Positions 16,613 through 25,840 of a stretch of DNA of 64,000 nt are shown in pieces (the first letter of the stretch is position 1; every line of letters begins with the position of its first letter). Below the pieces are notes generated by a model. The model ran no database searches and was not told the origin of the DNA. It worked only from the letters and a program-made list of their open reading frames with translations. Origin of the DNA: Kiritimatiellia bacterium (lineage in GTDB: Bacteria; Verrucomicrobiota; Kiritimatiellia; CAIQIC01; Lenti-01). The stretch lies in assembly GCA_040768005.1 (NCBI GenBank), contig JAXGNL010000004.1, positions 18,153 through 82,152 of the forward strand, given 5' to 3'. The position numbers were made by a program, and so were the translations under genes.

Positions 16613-18949
16613 ATGACCCGCCCTTCCCATCTGGGCACCTCGCCGGCCCGCACCGACGCCCCGGCCAAGGTCACGGGTACGCTCCGCTACACCGACGATC
16701 TCGTCCGCCCCGGCACCCTCCACGCCGCCATCCTCGCCAGCCCCCACGCCCACGCCCAGATCCAATCCATCCACACCGCCGCGGCCGCGGCCGCCCCCGG
16801 CGTCCGCGCCGTCTTCACCGGCGCCGACTGGCCCGGCATCCTCATCGGCCTCTACCTGGGCGACAAGCCCCCCCTCGCCCGCGGAAACGTGCGCCACCAC
16901 GGCGAACCCGTCGCCGTCGTCGTCGCCGACGACGAAGCCGCCGCCCGCCACGCCCTGCCCCTGCTGCACGTCGCCTATGCCCCGCTTCCCGCCCTCGGCA
17001 GTCCGCGCGAAGCCCTCGCCCCCGGCGCCCCCGTCCTGCATCCCGGCATGGACGCCTATGCGCGCATCCCCGACATCCTCCCCGAACCCGGCACCAACAT
17101 CGCCAACCGCACCCGCATCCGCAAGGGCGACACGGAACAGGCCTTCGCCGGCGCCGACGCCGTCGTCGAAGGCGACTTCTCCTTCCCGCCCGGCGATCAC
17201 GTGGCGCTGGAACCCCGCGTCGTCATCGCCGAATACGGCGCCGACGGCCGCCTCGAAATCGACAGTTCCACCCAGTCGCCGTTCGAGGTCCGCAACCTGC
17301 TCGCCCGCGCCCTCGGCCTGCCCGAGCGCCGCATCACCGTCCGCGCCGCCCCCATCGGCGGCGGGTTCGGCGGCAAAGCCGGCATCATGAATGAACCCCT
17401 CGCCGCCCTGCTGGCCATGCGCTTCCCCGGCCGCCCCGTCCGCCTCGCCAACACCCGCGAGGCCGACATGCTCTCCAGCCCCGGCCGCCCCGGCCTCCAG
17501 GCGCGCGTCCGCCTCGCCGCCCGCGCCGACGGCACCCTGCTCGGCGCGGAGATCGAGTTCCTCTTCGACTCCGGCGGCTACGCCGACTACGCCGTCAACG
17601 TCTCCCGCGCCGCCGCCATCTCCTGCACCGGTCCCTACAACATCCCCAACGTCCACGCCGACTCCCTCTGCGTCTATACCAACCACCCCTTCGCCACCGC
17701 CTTCCGCGGGTTCGGCCATATCGAACTCTCCTACGCCACCGAACGCGCCATGGACCTCCTCGCCGATCGCCTCCGAATGGATCCCGCCGACCTGCGCGCG
17801 AAAAATCTGATCCGCCAAGGCGACCTCACCCCCACCGGCGCCCCCATGGACGACAATACCGGCGACCTGCCCGCCTGCCTCGCCAAGGTTCGCGAACGCC
17901 TCCGGTGGGACTCCGCTCCGCACCGCCGGGTCATGCCCGACGGCACCATCCGCGCCAAGGGCATCTCCTGCTTCTGGAAAGCCCCCGCCATCCCCACCTT
18001 CACCGACGCCGGAGCCGTCCTCTTCTTCGCCGAGGACGGCAGCGCCACCCTCTCCACCGGCGTCATCGAAATCGGCCAGGGCGCCCACGACGGCCTGCGC
18101 ATGCTCATCGCCGAAGCCTTGAAAACCGACCTCGACCGCGTCCGCGTCACCCGCCGCGTCGATACCGACCTCTCCCCCCACGACTGGGCCACCGCCGCCA
18201 GCCGCTCGCTCTTCATGGCCGGACGCGCCGCCCTCGACGCCGTCGCCGACGCCCTCGACCAGATCAAGCAGACCGCGGCCGTCCCCCTCGCCTGCGCCCC
18301 CGAAAACCTCGACGTCGCCGGCGGCCGCGTCTTCCTCCGCGACGAGCCTTCCCGTTTCCTCCCGCTGGAAAAAGTCGTCCTCGGCTATGTCTATCCCAAC
18401 GGCAACTCCATCGGCGGCCCCGTCATCGGCCGCGGCCGCTACATCACCCCCGACCTCTCTTCCATAGACCCCGAAACCGGCGCGGGCAAGCCATGGCTCG
18501 AATGGACCCTCGGTGCCGAAGGCGTCGAGGTCGAAATCAATCCCGCCGACGGCGCCATCCGCGTCTTGACCGCCGCCTGCACCATGGATGTCGGCAAGGT
18601 GGTCCACCCCGCCCTCGCCCGCGGGCAGGTCGTCGGCGCCATGGGCATGGGCATCGGCTACGCCCTCACCGAAGGCTTCGTCTTCGACGCCCGCCAGACC
18701 GTCCGCAACGGCTCCCTCCGCGACTACAAAATCCAGCGCTACGGCGAAGACCCCGACTACATCGTCGATTTCGTCGAAACCCCGCAGGCCGACGGCCCCT
18801 TCGGCCTGCGCGGCCTCGGCGAACAGGGGATCGTCGGCATGCCCGGCTGCCTCGCCCAGGCCGTCTCTCTCGCCATCGGCCGGCCCGTGACCGAACTGCC
18901 CATGACCCCTGAATGCATCTGGCGGAAATCCCGGGAGGCCGCGCCATGA
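16613..18949 (+). CDS. xanthine dehydrogenase / aldehyde oxidase family molybdopterin-binding large subunit
   Basis: ATG 16613 (MTRPSHLG...). It carries the Ald_Xan_dh_C N-terminal block (AKVTGTLRYTDDL), the GGGFGGK motif and a C-terminal Mo-binding fold. Its stop overlaps the next start (ATGA). Confidence 0.85.
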   Translation: MTRPSHLGTSPARTDAPAKVTGTLRYTDDLVRPGTLHAAILASPHAHAQIQSIHTAAAAAAPGVRAVFTGADWPGILIGLYLGDKPPLARGNVRHHGEPVAVVVADDEAAARHALPLLHVAYAPLPALGSPREALAPGAPVLHPGMDAYARIPDILPEPGTNIANRTRIRKGDTEQAFAGADAVVEGDFSFPPGDHVALEPRVVIAEYGADGRLEIDSSTQSPFEVRNLLARALGLPERRITVRAAPIGGGFGGKAGIMNEPLAALLAMRFPGRPVRLANTREADMLSSPGRPGLQARVRLAARADGTLLGAEIEFLFDSGGYADYAVNVSRAAAISCTGPYNIPNVHADSLCVYTNHPFATAFRGFGHIELSYATERAMDLLADRLRMDPADLRAKNLIRQGDLTPTGAPMDDNTGDLPACLAKVRERLRWDSAPHRRVMPDGTIRAKGISCFWKAPAIPTFTDAGAVLFFAEDGSATLSTGVIEIGQGAHDGLRMLIAEALKTDLDRVRVTRRVDTDLSPHDWATAASRSLFMAGRAALDAVADALDQIKQTAAVPLACAPENLDVAGGRVFLRDEPSRFLPLEKVVLGYVYPNGNSIGGPVIGRGRYITPDLSSIDPETGAGKPWLEWTLGAEGVEVEINPADGAIRVLTAACTMDVGKVVHPALARGQVVGAMGMGIGYALTEGFVFDARQTVRNGSLRDYKIQRYGEDPDYIVDFVETPQADGPFGLRGLGEQGIVGMPGCLAQAVSLAIGRPVTELPMTPECIWRKSREAAP

Positions 18950-19776
18950 TCGCCGCCGATATCGTCTATCTCCGCCCCGAAACCGCCGAGGAAGCCGTCG
19001 CCGCCTGGACCCGCCACGACGGCGCCCGCTACCTCGCCGGCGGCACCGAAATCACCACCGCCGCCCGCCGCGGCGCCGCCGCCCACGACCTCCGCGCCGT
19101 CATTGACATCAAGCGCATCCCCGAAGCCAGCATCCACGAAATCTGCGGCGACTGCTTCCGCCTCGGCGCCGCCCTGAACCTCTCCGATATCATTGACGGC
19201 GAGGCGTTCCCTCTCCTCAACGCCGTCCTGCGCGGCATCGCCGACCATACCGTCCGCAACCGCCTCTCTCTGGGCGGCAACCTCGCCGGCCTGCTCCCCT
19301 ACCGCGAAGCCGTTCTCCCCCTCCTCCTCGCCGACGCCTCCGTCCTCACCCTCGCCCCCGGCAAGGGCGAGGCCCCGCCCGTCCGCTCCGAACGCCGCCT
19401 CCGCGACGTCTTCGACAAGCGACTGCTCCTCGCCCCCGGCGAACTCGTGCTCTCGTTCTGCATCCCCCTCGACGCCCCCGAATGGCCCTGGTCCCACCGC
19501 CGCAAAACCCGCACCTCCGCCGTCGATTATCCCCTCGTCACCACCGCCGCCGTCCGCGACGCCGACCACCGCATCCGCTTCGCCCTCGCCGGCGCCCACC
19601 CCTTCCCCTTCCGCTCCGACGCCGTCGATGCCGCCCTCTCCGAACAGGGCCCCGACGCCCTCCCCGCCGTCCTGGAAACCCTCGGCCCCCTCCGCGACGA
19701 TTCGCGCGCCTCCGCCGACTACCGTGCCCATCTCCTGCGCACCATGATCCGCGCCGCCCTGGAGGAACTCGCATGA
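18946..19776 (+). CDS. FAD-binding medium subunit of the xanthine-dehydrogenase-family enzyme (CoxM/XdhB-like)
   Basis: MIAADIVYLRPETAEEAVAAW ... AGGTEITTAARRG, a FAD-binding PCMH fold. ATGA-coupled on both sides. Confidence 0.85.
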   Translation: MIAADIVYLRPETAEEAVAAWTRHDGARYLAGGTEITTAARRGAAAHDLRAVIDIKRIPEASIHEICGDCFRLGAALNLSDIIDGEAFPLLNAVLRGIADHTVRNRLSLGGNLAGLLPYREAVLPLLLADASVLTLAPGKGEAPPVRSERRLRDVFDKRLLLAPGELVLSFCIPLDAPEWPWSHRRKTRTSAVDYPLVTTAAVRDADHRIRFALAGAHPFPFRSDAVDAALSEQGPDALPAVLETLGPLRDDSRASADYRAHLLRTMIRAALEELA

Positions 19777-20267
19777 AAACCCTCGCCGGCACCGTCGAGC
19801 TGATCCTGCTCGTCAATGGCGAGGAACGCCGTGCCGTCGTCCGCCCCGGCGACACCCTCCTGCGCGTCCTCCGCGAAAAACTCGGCCTCACCGGCGCCAA
19901 GTGCGGCTGCGAAAACGGCGACTGCGGCGCCTGCACCGTCCTTCTCGACGGACGCCCCGTCAAGTCGTGCATGGTCCTCGCCGTCGAATGCGACGATGCC
20001 GCCGTCACCACCATCGAAGGCCTCCGCGACCACCCGGTTCAACAGGCCTTCGCCGAGGAAAACGGATTCCAGTGCGGCTTCTGCACCCCCGGCCAGATCC
20101 TCAACGCCGCCGCCCTCCTCGAATCCCACCCCGACCCCGACGACGACGCCGACCGCGAATGGATGCAAGCCAACCTCTGCCGCTGCACCGGCTACGAAGG
20201 CATTCGCAATGCCCTCGCCAATGCCCGCCGACGCCAAAAGCCCCCCAGGCCCCCGCGGCAGGGGTGA
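19773..20267 (+). CDS. [2Fe-2S]-binding small subunit of the xanthine-dehydrogenase-family enzyme (CoxS/XdhC-like)
   Basis: The sequence [13 protein letters not shown] ... [12 protein letters not shown] ... CRCTGY shows the two classic 2Fe-2S Cys clusters. Confidence 0.9.
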   Translation: MKTLAGTVELILLVNGEERRAVVRPGDTLLRVLREKLGLTGAKCGCENGDCGACTVLLDGRPVKSCMVLAVECDDAAVTTIEGLRDHPVQQAFAEENGFQCGFCTPGQILNAAALLESHPDPDDDADREWMQANLCRCTGYEGIRNALANARRRQKPPRPPRQG

Positions 20268-20347
20268 ATCTGGTCGTTCCAAGAGCCGCCGCCGCCCAAA
20301 ACCGGCATTGAACCCCTCCCCCGGGTTTGCTCTACTGGCCCGCACGG

Positions 20348-22864
20348 ATGAGCAAGAGCCAGACAACCCCCATGATGGCGCAATATCGCCGCGCCAAGGC
20401 GGAAATCGATCCCGGCACCATCCTCTTTTTCCGGCTCGGCGATTTCTATGAAATGTTCTTCGAGGACGCCGTCGTCGCCTCGGACATCCTCGGCATCGCT
20501 CTGACCAAGCGCCAGAGCGTCCCCATGTGCGGCATCCCCTACCACGCCGCCGACCTCTATCTCGCCAAGCTCCTGCGCGCCGGCAAAAAAGTCGCCCTCT
20601 GCGACCAGATGGAGGATCCCGCCCTCGCCAAGGGCATCGTCAAGCGCGAGGTCACCGGCATCGTCACCCCCGGCACCGTCCTGACCGACTCCGTTCTCGA
20701 CGCCGCCCGCCCCAATTATCTCGCCGGCCTCCACCGGCTCGGAAAAATCTTCGGCCTGGCCATGCTCGACCTCTCCACCGGCGATTTCTGGATGGAGGAA
20801 TCCGCCGATGCCGACGCGCTGTTCGACGATCTCGCCCGCTACGCCCCCCCGGAAGTCATCCTCTCCGAATCCCTTCATGCCGACGAACGCTTCCTGAACG
20901 CTCTCCAGGCCGCCGGCGCCCATGCCGTCACCGCCCGCGAAGACTGGATCTTCGACCCGGCCACCTCCGTGGACGGCCTGTGCCGCCATTTCGGCGTGCA
21001 GTCCCTCGACGGCTTCGGCGGCGAAGGCCACCCCGCGGCGGCGGCCGCCGCCGGCGCGCTGCTGTATTATGTCACCCGCGACCTCCGCCGCACCGCCGCC
21101 CATGTCCGCCGCATCCGCTTCCGCGCCGCCGCCGATGCGATGATGCTCGACGAATCCACCCTCTCCAATCTCGATCTCGTCGCTTCCCGCGGCTCGTCCC
21201 GCTCCGATGCGCCCACCACTCTGCTGCAGGCGCTGGACTCCACCCGCACCGCCATGGGCTCGCGCCTCCTCCGCGACTGGCTCGTCCGCCCCCTCCAGAA
21301 CCTGCCCGCCATCGTCGCCCGTCACGACGCCGTCGAATCCTTTTTGAACAACCGCCGCGACCTCGACACCCTCCGCGGCATTCTCGCCGAGGTCAAGGAC
21401 CTCGAACGGCTCCTCTCCCGTCTGTCCTCCGGGTCCGGCAACGCCCGCGATGTCCGCGCCCTCGGCGCCTCCCTCGCCCGCCTCCCGGCGCTCAAGGACG
21501 CCCTGGCCGCCCCGTCCGCCGACCGCCTCCGCGAACTCGCCGGCGCCGTCGAACCGCAGGACGGCCTCGTCGCCCATATCGACCGCGCGCTCGTCGACGA
21601 GCCCCCCATGGCCATCAAGGAAGGCGGCGTCATCCGCAAGGGCTTCCATGCCGGACTCGACGAGCTGCGCTCCGCCGCCCACGACGGCAAGCAATGGATC
21701 GCCGAACTCCAGGCCCGCGAAATCGAACGCACCGGCATCAAGTCCCTCAAAATCCGCTTCAACAAGGTCTTCGGCTACTTCATCGAAGTCACCAAGTCCA
21801 ACCTCGCCCAGGTCCCCGACGACTACATCCGCAAGCAGACCGTCGTCAACGGCGAGCGATTCATCACCCCCGAACTCAAGGAATGCGAGCACAAGATCCT
21901 CGGGGCCGAAGACAAGTCCATCGCCCTCGAGTACGAGCTGTTCCTGGAATTGCGCGGGGAGGTCATCGCCCATACCGCCGCCATCCAGCAGACCGCCGCC
22001 GCCGTCGCGGAAATCGACGTGCTGGCCGCGTTCGCCGAACGCGCCCTGGCCTGCCGCTATGTCCGCCCCGCCATGACCGCCGACGGCGCCCTCTCCATCC
22101 GCGACGGCCGCCATCCCGTCGTCGAACTCCTGCCCGAATCCGGGCGCTTTGTTCCCAACGACACCCGGCTCGACACCGCCGACAACCAGCTCCTGATCAT
22201 CACCGGCCCCAACATGGCCGGCAAGTCCACCTATATCCGCCAGGTCGCCCTGATCGTCATCATGGCCCAGATGGGCTGTTTTGTTCCCGCCGCCGAAGCC
22301 GAAATCGGCGTCGTGGACCGCGTGTTCACCCGCGTCGGCGCCGGCGACGACATCGCCCGCGGCCGCTCCACCTTCATGGTCGAGATGCAGGAAACCGCCA
22401 ACATTCTGAACAACGCCACCCCCCGCTCCCTGATCGTCCTCGACGAGATCGGCCGCGGCACCTCCACCTTTGACGGCATCTCCATCGCCTGGTCCGTCGC
22501 CGAATACCTGCACAACCACGCCGAGGTCAAGGCCAAGACCCTCTTCGCCACCCACTACCACGAACTCACCGACATCGCCCTCACTCTCTCCGGCGTCAAG
22601 AACTACAACGTCCTCGTCAGCGAAAAGGACGACCGCATCGTCTTCCTGCGCAAGATCGTCCCCGGCGCCGCCGACAAGTCCTACGGCATCCAGGTCGCCC
22701 GCCTCGCCGGACTCCCCCTCGAAGTCGTCACCCGCGCCAAGGACATCCTCGCCAACCTCGAAGAGCAGGAACTCAGCGAGGCCGGCCAGCCCAAGCTCGC
22801 CCAGCCCCGCGCCCGCAAACCCAGGATCGCCGACACGGATCAGCTCTCCCTGTTCGACTCCTGA
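20348..22864 (+). CDS. mutS: DNA mismatch repair protein MutS
   Basis: N-terminal mismatch-binding block (TPMMAQYRRAKAEIDPGTILFFRLGDFYEMFFEDA), Walker A GPNMAGKSTY, and TFMVEMQE and DEIGRGTSTFDG motifs. 838 aa counted from the ATG at 20348. Confidence 0.95.
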   Translation: MSKSQTTPMMAQYRRAKAEIDPGTILFFRLGDFYEMFFEDAVVASDILGIALTKRQSVPMCGIPYHAADLYLAKLLRAGKKVALCDQMEDPALAKGIVKREVTGIVTPGTVLTDSVLDAARPNYLAGLHRLGKIFGLAMLDLSTGDFWMEESADADALFDDLARYAPPEVILSESLHADERFLNALQAAGAHAVTAREDWIFDPATSVDGLCRHFGVQSLDGFGGEGHPAAAAAAGALLYYVTRDLRRTAAHVRRIRFRAAADAMMLDESTLSNLDLVASRGSSRSDAPTTLLQALDSTRTAMGSRLLRDWLVRPLQNLPAIVARHDAVESFLNNRRDLDTLRGILAEVKDLERLLSRLSSGSGNARDVRALGASLARLPALKDALAAPSADRLRELAGAVEPQDGLVAHIDRALVDEPPMAIKEGGVIRKGFHAGLDELRSAAHDGKQWIAELQAREIERTGIKSLKIRFNKVFGYFIEVTKSNLAQVPDDYIRKQTVVNGERFITPELKECEHKILGAEDKSIALEYELFLELRGEVIAHTAAIQQTAAAVAEIDVLAAFAERALACRYVRPAMTADGALSIRDGRHPVVELLPESGRFVPNDTRLDTADNQLLIITGPNMAGKSTYIRQVALIVIMAQMGCFVPAAEAEIGVVDRVFTRVGAGDDIARGRSTFMVEMQETANILNNATPRSLIVLDEIGRGTSTFDGISIAWSVAEYLHNHAEVKAKTLFATHYHELTDIALTLSGVKNYNVLVSEKDDRIVFLRKIVPGAADKSYGIQVARLAGLPLEVVTRAKDILANLEEQELSEAGQPKLAQPRARKPRIADTDQLSLFDS

Positions 22865-22909
22865 TCTTCCGCCCCCTCACGCGCCCCTCGGAAGCCGGAT
22901 ACGGCTTTC

Positions 22910-23764
22910 CTATTCCACCCGCAGATCCGGACGGTCGGCATCCCCTTCGTCCGTGACCCGCCATACCCGGCCGTCGCCCGTCCGCTGCACCATGATGTCC
23001 TGCGCCTTCCCCTCGACTATCCCGGCGATCCAGTCGGGATGATTGGACCATTTCTGGTTGTCCAGCTTCAGGCCCTCCGGCGCCGACAGCCGTTTCTGCT
23101 CCCGTCCGGTTCGGGCATCCACCAGCGCCAGCTGCCCATGCCCGTCCAGATTCACGGTCGCCAGCCGCCCGCCGGGCGACAGGCTGGCCGAGCAGCCCCG
23201 CGCCAGGTCCGTGGATTCCCCCGACGGCAGATCCACCCGGCGGACGCGCCAGCCCAGCGATTTGACCGTGCCCACCCAGAACCCGCCGGTATCCGCCACG
23301 TCCAGCTCATGGAAGGCGGCGCCGCTGTGCACCGTGGCGGATTGGCCATCCGCCAGCGAAACCGCCTTCACCGTCCGTCCTTCCGCCACCAGCACCTGCC
23401 GGCCGTCGGGATGAACCGCCAGCGTTCGCGGATCCTTCATCTCCGCCACCGTGACTTCCGCGCCGGACTCCAGGTCCAGCCGCAGAATCCGGTTTCCGCG
23501 CAGAAAGACAATGGACCGGCCGTCCGGCGCCCAGCGCGGCCAGGTTCCCTCGGACGCCAGCCGCCGGGGCTTTCCCTTCCCCAGCACACGCAGAAAAATG
23601 CCGTCCGGGCGCTGATAAACCAACCGGGCCCCGGCCAGGCCGGGCGGCGTCTCCAGCGGCAGCGCCCCGGCGTCCCCCCGGCGCGCTTCCGACGATCCGC
23701 AGCCCGCCAGCGCCGCCGCCATCAGGCAGGCAAACCCCAATCGCTGAAATCCCGAATATCTCAT
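22910..23764 (-). CDS. lipoprotein with TolB-like / PD40 beta-propeller repeats
   Basis: ATG 23764 gives MRYSGFQRLGFACLMAAALAGCGS, a lipobox LAGC. Repeated DGR..V/DG..L blocks are typical of PD40/WD40-like propellers. Confidence 0.6.
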   Translation of the reverse strand: MRYSGFQRLGFACLMAAALAGCGSSEARRGDAGALPLETPPGLAGARLVYQRPDGIFLRVLGKGKPRRLASEGTWPRWAPDGRSIVFLRGNRILRLDLESGAEVTVAEMKDPRTLAVHPDGRQVLVAEGRTVKAVSLADGQSATVHSGAAFHELDVADTGGFWVGTVKSLGWRVRRVDLPSGESTDLARGCSASLSPGGRLATVNLDGHGQLALVDARTGREQKRLSAPEGLKLDNQKWSNHPDWIAGIVEGKAQDIMVQRTGDGRVWRVTDEGDADRPDLRVE

Positions 23765-23799
23765 CGTCTTTCCCCTCCCGGCATGATAGGTAGAGGCCC

Positions 23800-24843
23800 A
23801 TGGTTGCCAATCACCGCCGCCTGAAGTCTTTTCTGTATATCGCAACCAGCCTGCTGCTGGCAATCGGCGTATTCAGCTGGCTGCTCGCGCACGTCACCTG
23901 GCGGCAGGTGGCCGATCTGATTCTGTCCATCCATCTTCCGCTTCTCGGACTGTTTTTCGTCCTCTCGATGGCCATGCAGATCGTGCGTACCCTGCGTTAC
24001 CGCGTCGTGTTGAAGTCGGTCGGCCAAACCCCCGGCTTTTTCCGCCTGTTCCTGGTCGTGCTGGTCCGGGGACTGTGCGTGGATCTGCTCCCCGCCCGCA
24101 CCGGCGAACTGGTCTATATCTATCTCCTCCGGGCCAAACTGGGCGTGGAACTGGGCGCGGCCACCGCCAGTTTCGCGCTGGCTTTTCTGTTCGATCTGAC
24201 GGCCCTGGCCCCCCTGCTGGTCGCGGCCCTGCTCCTGGCCGGAACCGGGATCCCGTTCTCCCCCTGGGTGCTGGCGGCCGCCGGCGGCGGCCTGCTGCTG
24301 CTGGCCCTGCTGGCCCTGCGCCTTCTGCCCGCCGCGCTGCGCCTGGGCTTCCGGCTCTGCCCCCCCGGCCCCGGCCGAACCGCGCGTTTCCGCCGCTGGG
24401 CCCGCCACTTCCTGGCCGCCACCCATCGGCAGATCCGCCGCGCCCGCGCCCGGGGCATCGACGCCCCCCTGTTCGGTCTCTCCCTCGGCGTGCGCCTGTT
24501 GAAATATTCCGCGCTCTATGTCCTGCTGCTCGCCATGCTCCGGCCGCAGGGCTACACCCTGGCCACCCTGCCGTTCCCCAAGGTGTTTCTCGGACTGTGC
24601 GCCGCCGAGATGGCCGCCAGCCTGCCCGTGTCCGGCATCGCCGGTTTCGGCGCCTACCAGGGCGCCTGGGCCGGCGTCTTCATGCTGCTGGGCTTCCCCG
24701 CGGACATGGCCAAGGCCACCAGCATTTCCCACCATGTGTTCACCCAGGCCTACGGCTACCTCATCGGCGGCGCCAGTGTGCTCGCCCTTCTCCTCCTCCC
24801 CTCCGTCCTCCCGGCCCGAACCGCCCGCCCCGATCCCCCATGA
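23800..24843 (+). CDS. polytopic membrane protein, flippase-like / lysylphosphatidylglycerol-synthase TM-region family (UPF0104-like)
   Basis: 347 aa, about 8 TM helices, Arg-rich loops. Confidence 0.55.
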   Translation: MVANHRRLKSFLYIATSLLLAIGVFSWLLAHVTWRQVADLILSIHLPLLGLFFVLSMAMQIVRTLRYRVVLKSVGQTPGFFRLFLVVLVRGLCVDLLPARTGELVYIYLLRAKLGVELGAATASFALAFLFDLTALAPLLVAALLLAGTGIPFSPWVLAAAGGGLLLLALLALRLLPAALRLGFRLCPPGPGRTARFRRWARHFLAATHRQIRRARARGIDAPLFGLSLGVRLLKYSALYVLLLAMLRPQGYTLATLPFPKVFLGLCAAEMAASLPVSGIAGFGAYQGAWAGVFMLLGFPADMAKATSISHHVFTQAYGYLIGGASVLALLLLPSVLPARTARPDPP

Positions 24844-25043
24844 CCATCCTCGTCATCCTGAGCCACCCCAGCCCCGGCAGTTTCAATCACGCCCTTGCCG
24901 AGACTGCCTGCAGCACCCTGCGCCAGGACGCTCATGTCGTCCTCTTCCACAACCTGGCCGCCGTGGGTTTCGCCCGCGGCTGCCGACAGGGCAAACGATC
25001 CGAATTGCATTGCCCCCCTGCGACGGTTAAATTGCCTCCATGA
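24840..25043 (+). pseudogene. 5' remnant of a flavodoxin-like NAD(P)H-dependent oxidoreductase gene, truncated by the downstream TA module
   Basis: MTILVILSHPSPGSFNHALAETACSTLRQDAHVVLFHNL is the canonical N-terminus of the FMN-dependent NAD(P)H oxidoreductase fold. The reading frame then diverges and stops after 67 aa. No matching C-terminal part is found downstream. Confidence 0.55.
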
Positions 25044-25363
25044 GCAGTCGGCAAATCCAGAACGCCGTGCACGCAGTTCTGCCAGGCATCATCGCCCAGG
25101 CGGCACCTCTGCGAGTGCTCCTGTTCGGTTCGGCGATTCGCGGCGGGAACAAACCCGTTCGCGATCTGGATTTTCTGGTGGTTGTCCCCGACCGCGAACA
25201 TCCGGCGGCCGTTGCGGACCGCCTTAATCTGGGCGTCCGGCGCAAGCCCATGCCATGCGACTTTCTCGTCGCTACGCCTTCCATGCTTGCCAGACACCGT
25301 CACCGCCGCGATTCCGTATTCGCTTCCGCCTTGAAGGAAGGCCGCGAGATATATGCCCGCTAA
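25040..25363 (+). CDS. minimal nucleotidyltransferase (MNT/MntA-type antitoxin)
   Basis: LLFGSAIRGGNKPVRDLDFLVVV matches the GS-x(9-13)-DxD NTase motif. ATGA-coupled to the upstream remnant and overlaps the HEPN gene by 11 nt. Confidence 0.8.
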   Translation: MSSRQIQNAVHAVLPGIIAQAAPLRVLLFGSAIRGGNKPVRDLDFLVVVPDREHPAAVADRLNLGVRRKPMPCDFLVATPSMLARHRHRRDSVFASALKEGREIYAR

Positions 25364-25757
25364 TGTGCCAGCCGAATGGCTCCGTGACGCAAGAGGAGAT
25401 CTGGCGTTAGCCTCCATAACCAAGACACCGGCCATCCGCTATGCCCACCTGTGCTTCCATGCCCAGCAAGCTGCCGAAAAATCTCTTAAAGCCATCTTTT
25501 CGGCGCTTGACCAGGATATTCCCCGAACCCACGATCTGGCCTTCTTGATGGACAATCTTCCGGCAACCACGGTGGTTCCCCTGGCCATCATTACGCTTCC
25601 CACGTTGACCAAATTTGCTGTTCAATATCGGTATCCCGGTCAAGGAATCCCCGTAACCCGCCGGGATTGGCAAAAGGCGGTTGCTCTCGCTCGTGAAACC
25701 CTCTGTTGGGCAGAAAACACGCTTCCCCGCCTGCGGCGTACCAAACTGCATCCCTGA
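25353..25757 (+). CDS. HEPN-domain protein (HepT-type toxin partner of the MNT)
   Basis: Rx4-6H motif (RTHDLAFL), size of 134 aa, and position immediately downstream of an MNT gene. Confidence 0.75.
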   Translation: MPANVPAEWLRDARGDLALASITKTPAIRYAHLCFHAQQAAEKSLKAIFSALDQDIPRTHDLAFLMDNLPATTVVPLAIITLPTLTKFAVQYRYPGQGIPVTRRDWQKAVALARETLCWAENTLPRLRRTKLHP

Positions 25758-25840
25758 TCGCGCTTGTTTTCCCCTCTTCCGCCCCGACCTTGTTCCCTTG
25801 GCGCCGACATGGTACAAAGCCATCCAACCCGCCAATCCCT

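Noticed and set aside
16526-18607. 693-aa minus-strand ORF
   Set aside because: Antisense to the molybdopterin large-subunit gene. Gly/Ala/Glu-rich, no motifs.
20192-22561. 789-aa minus-strand ORF and 648-aa plus-strand alternative-frame ORF overlapping mutS
   Set aside because: mutS is unambiguous, with all motifs in one frame. The others are compositional artefacts.
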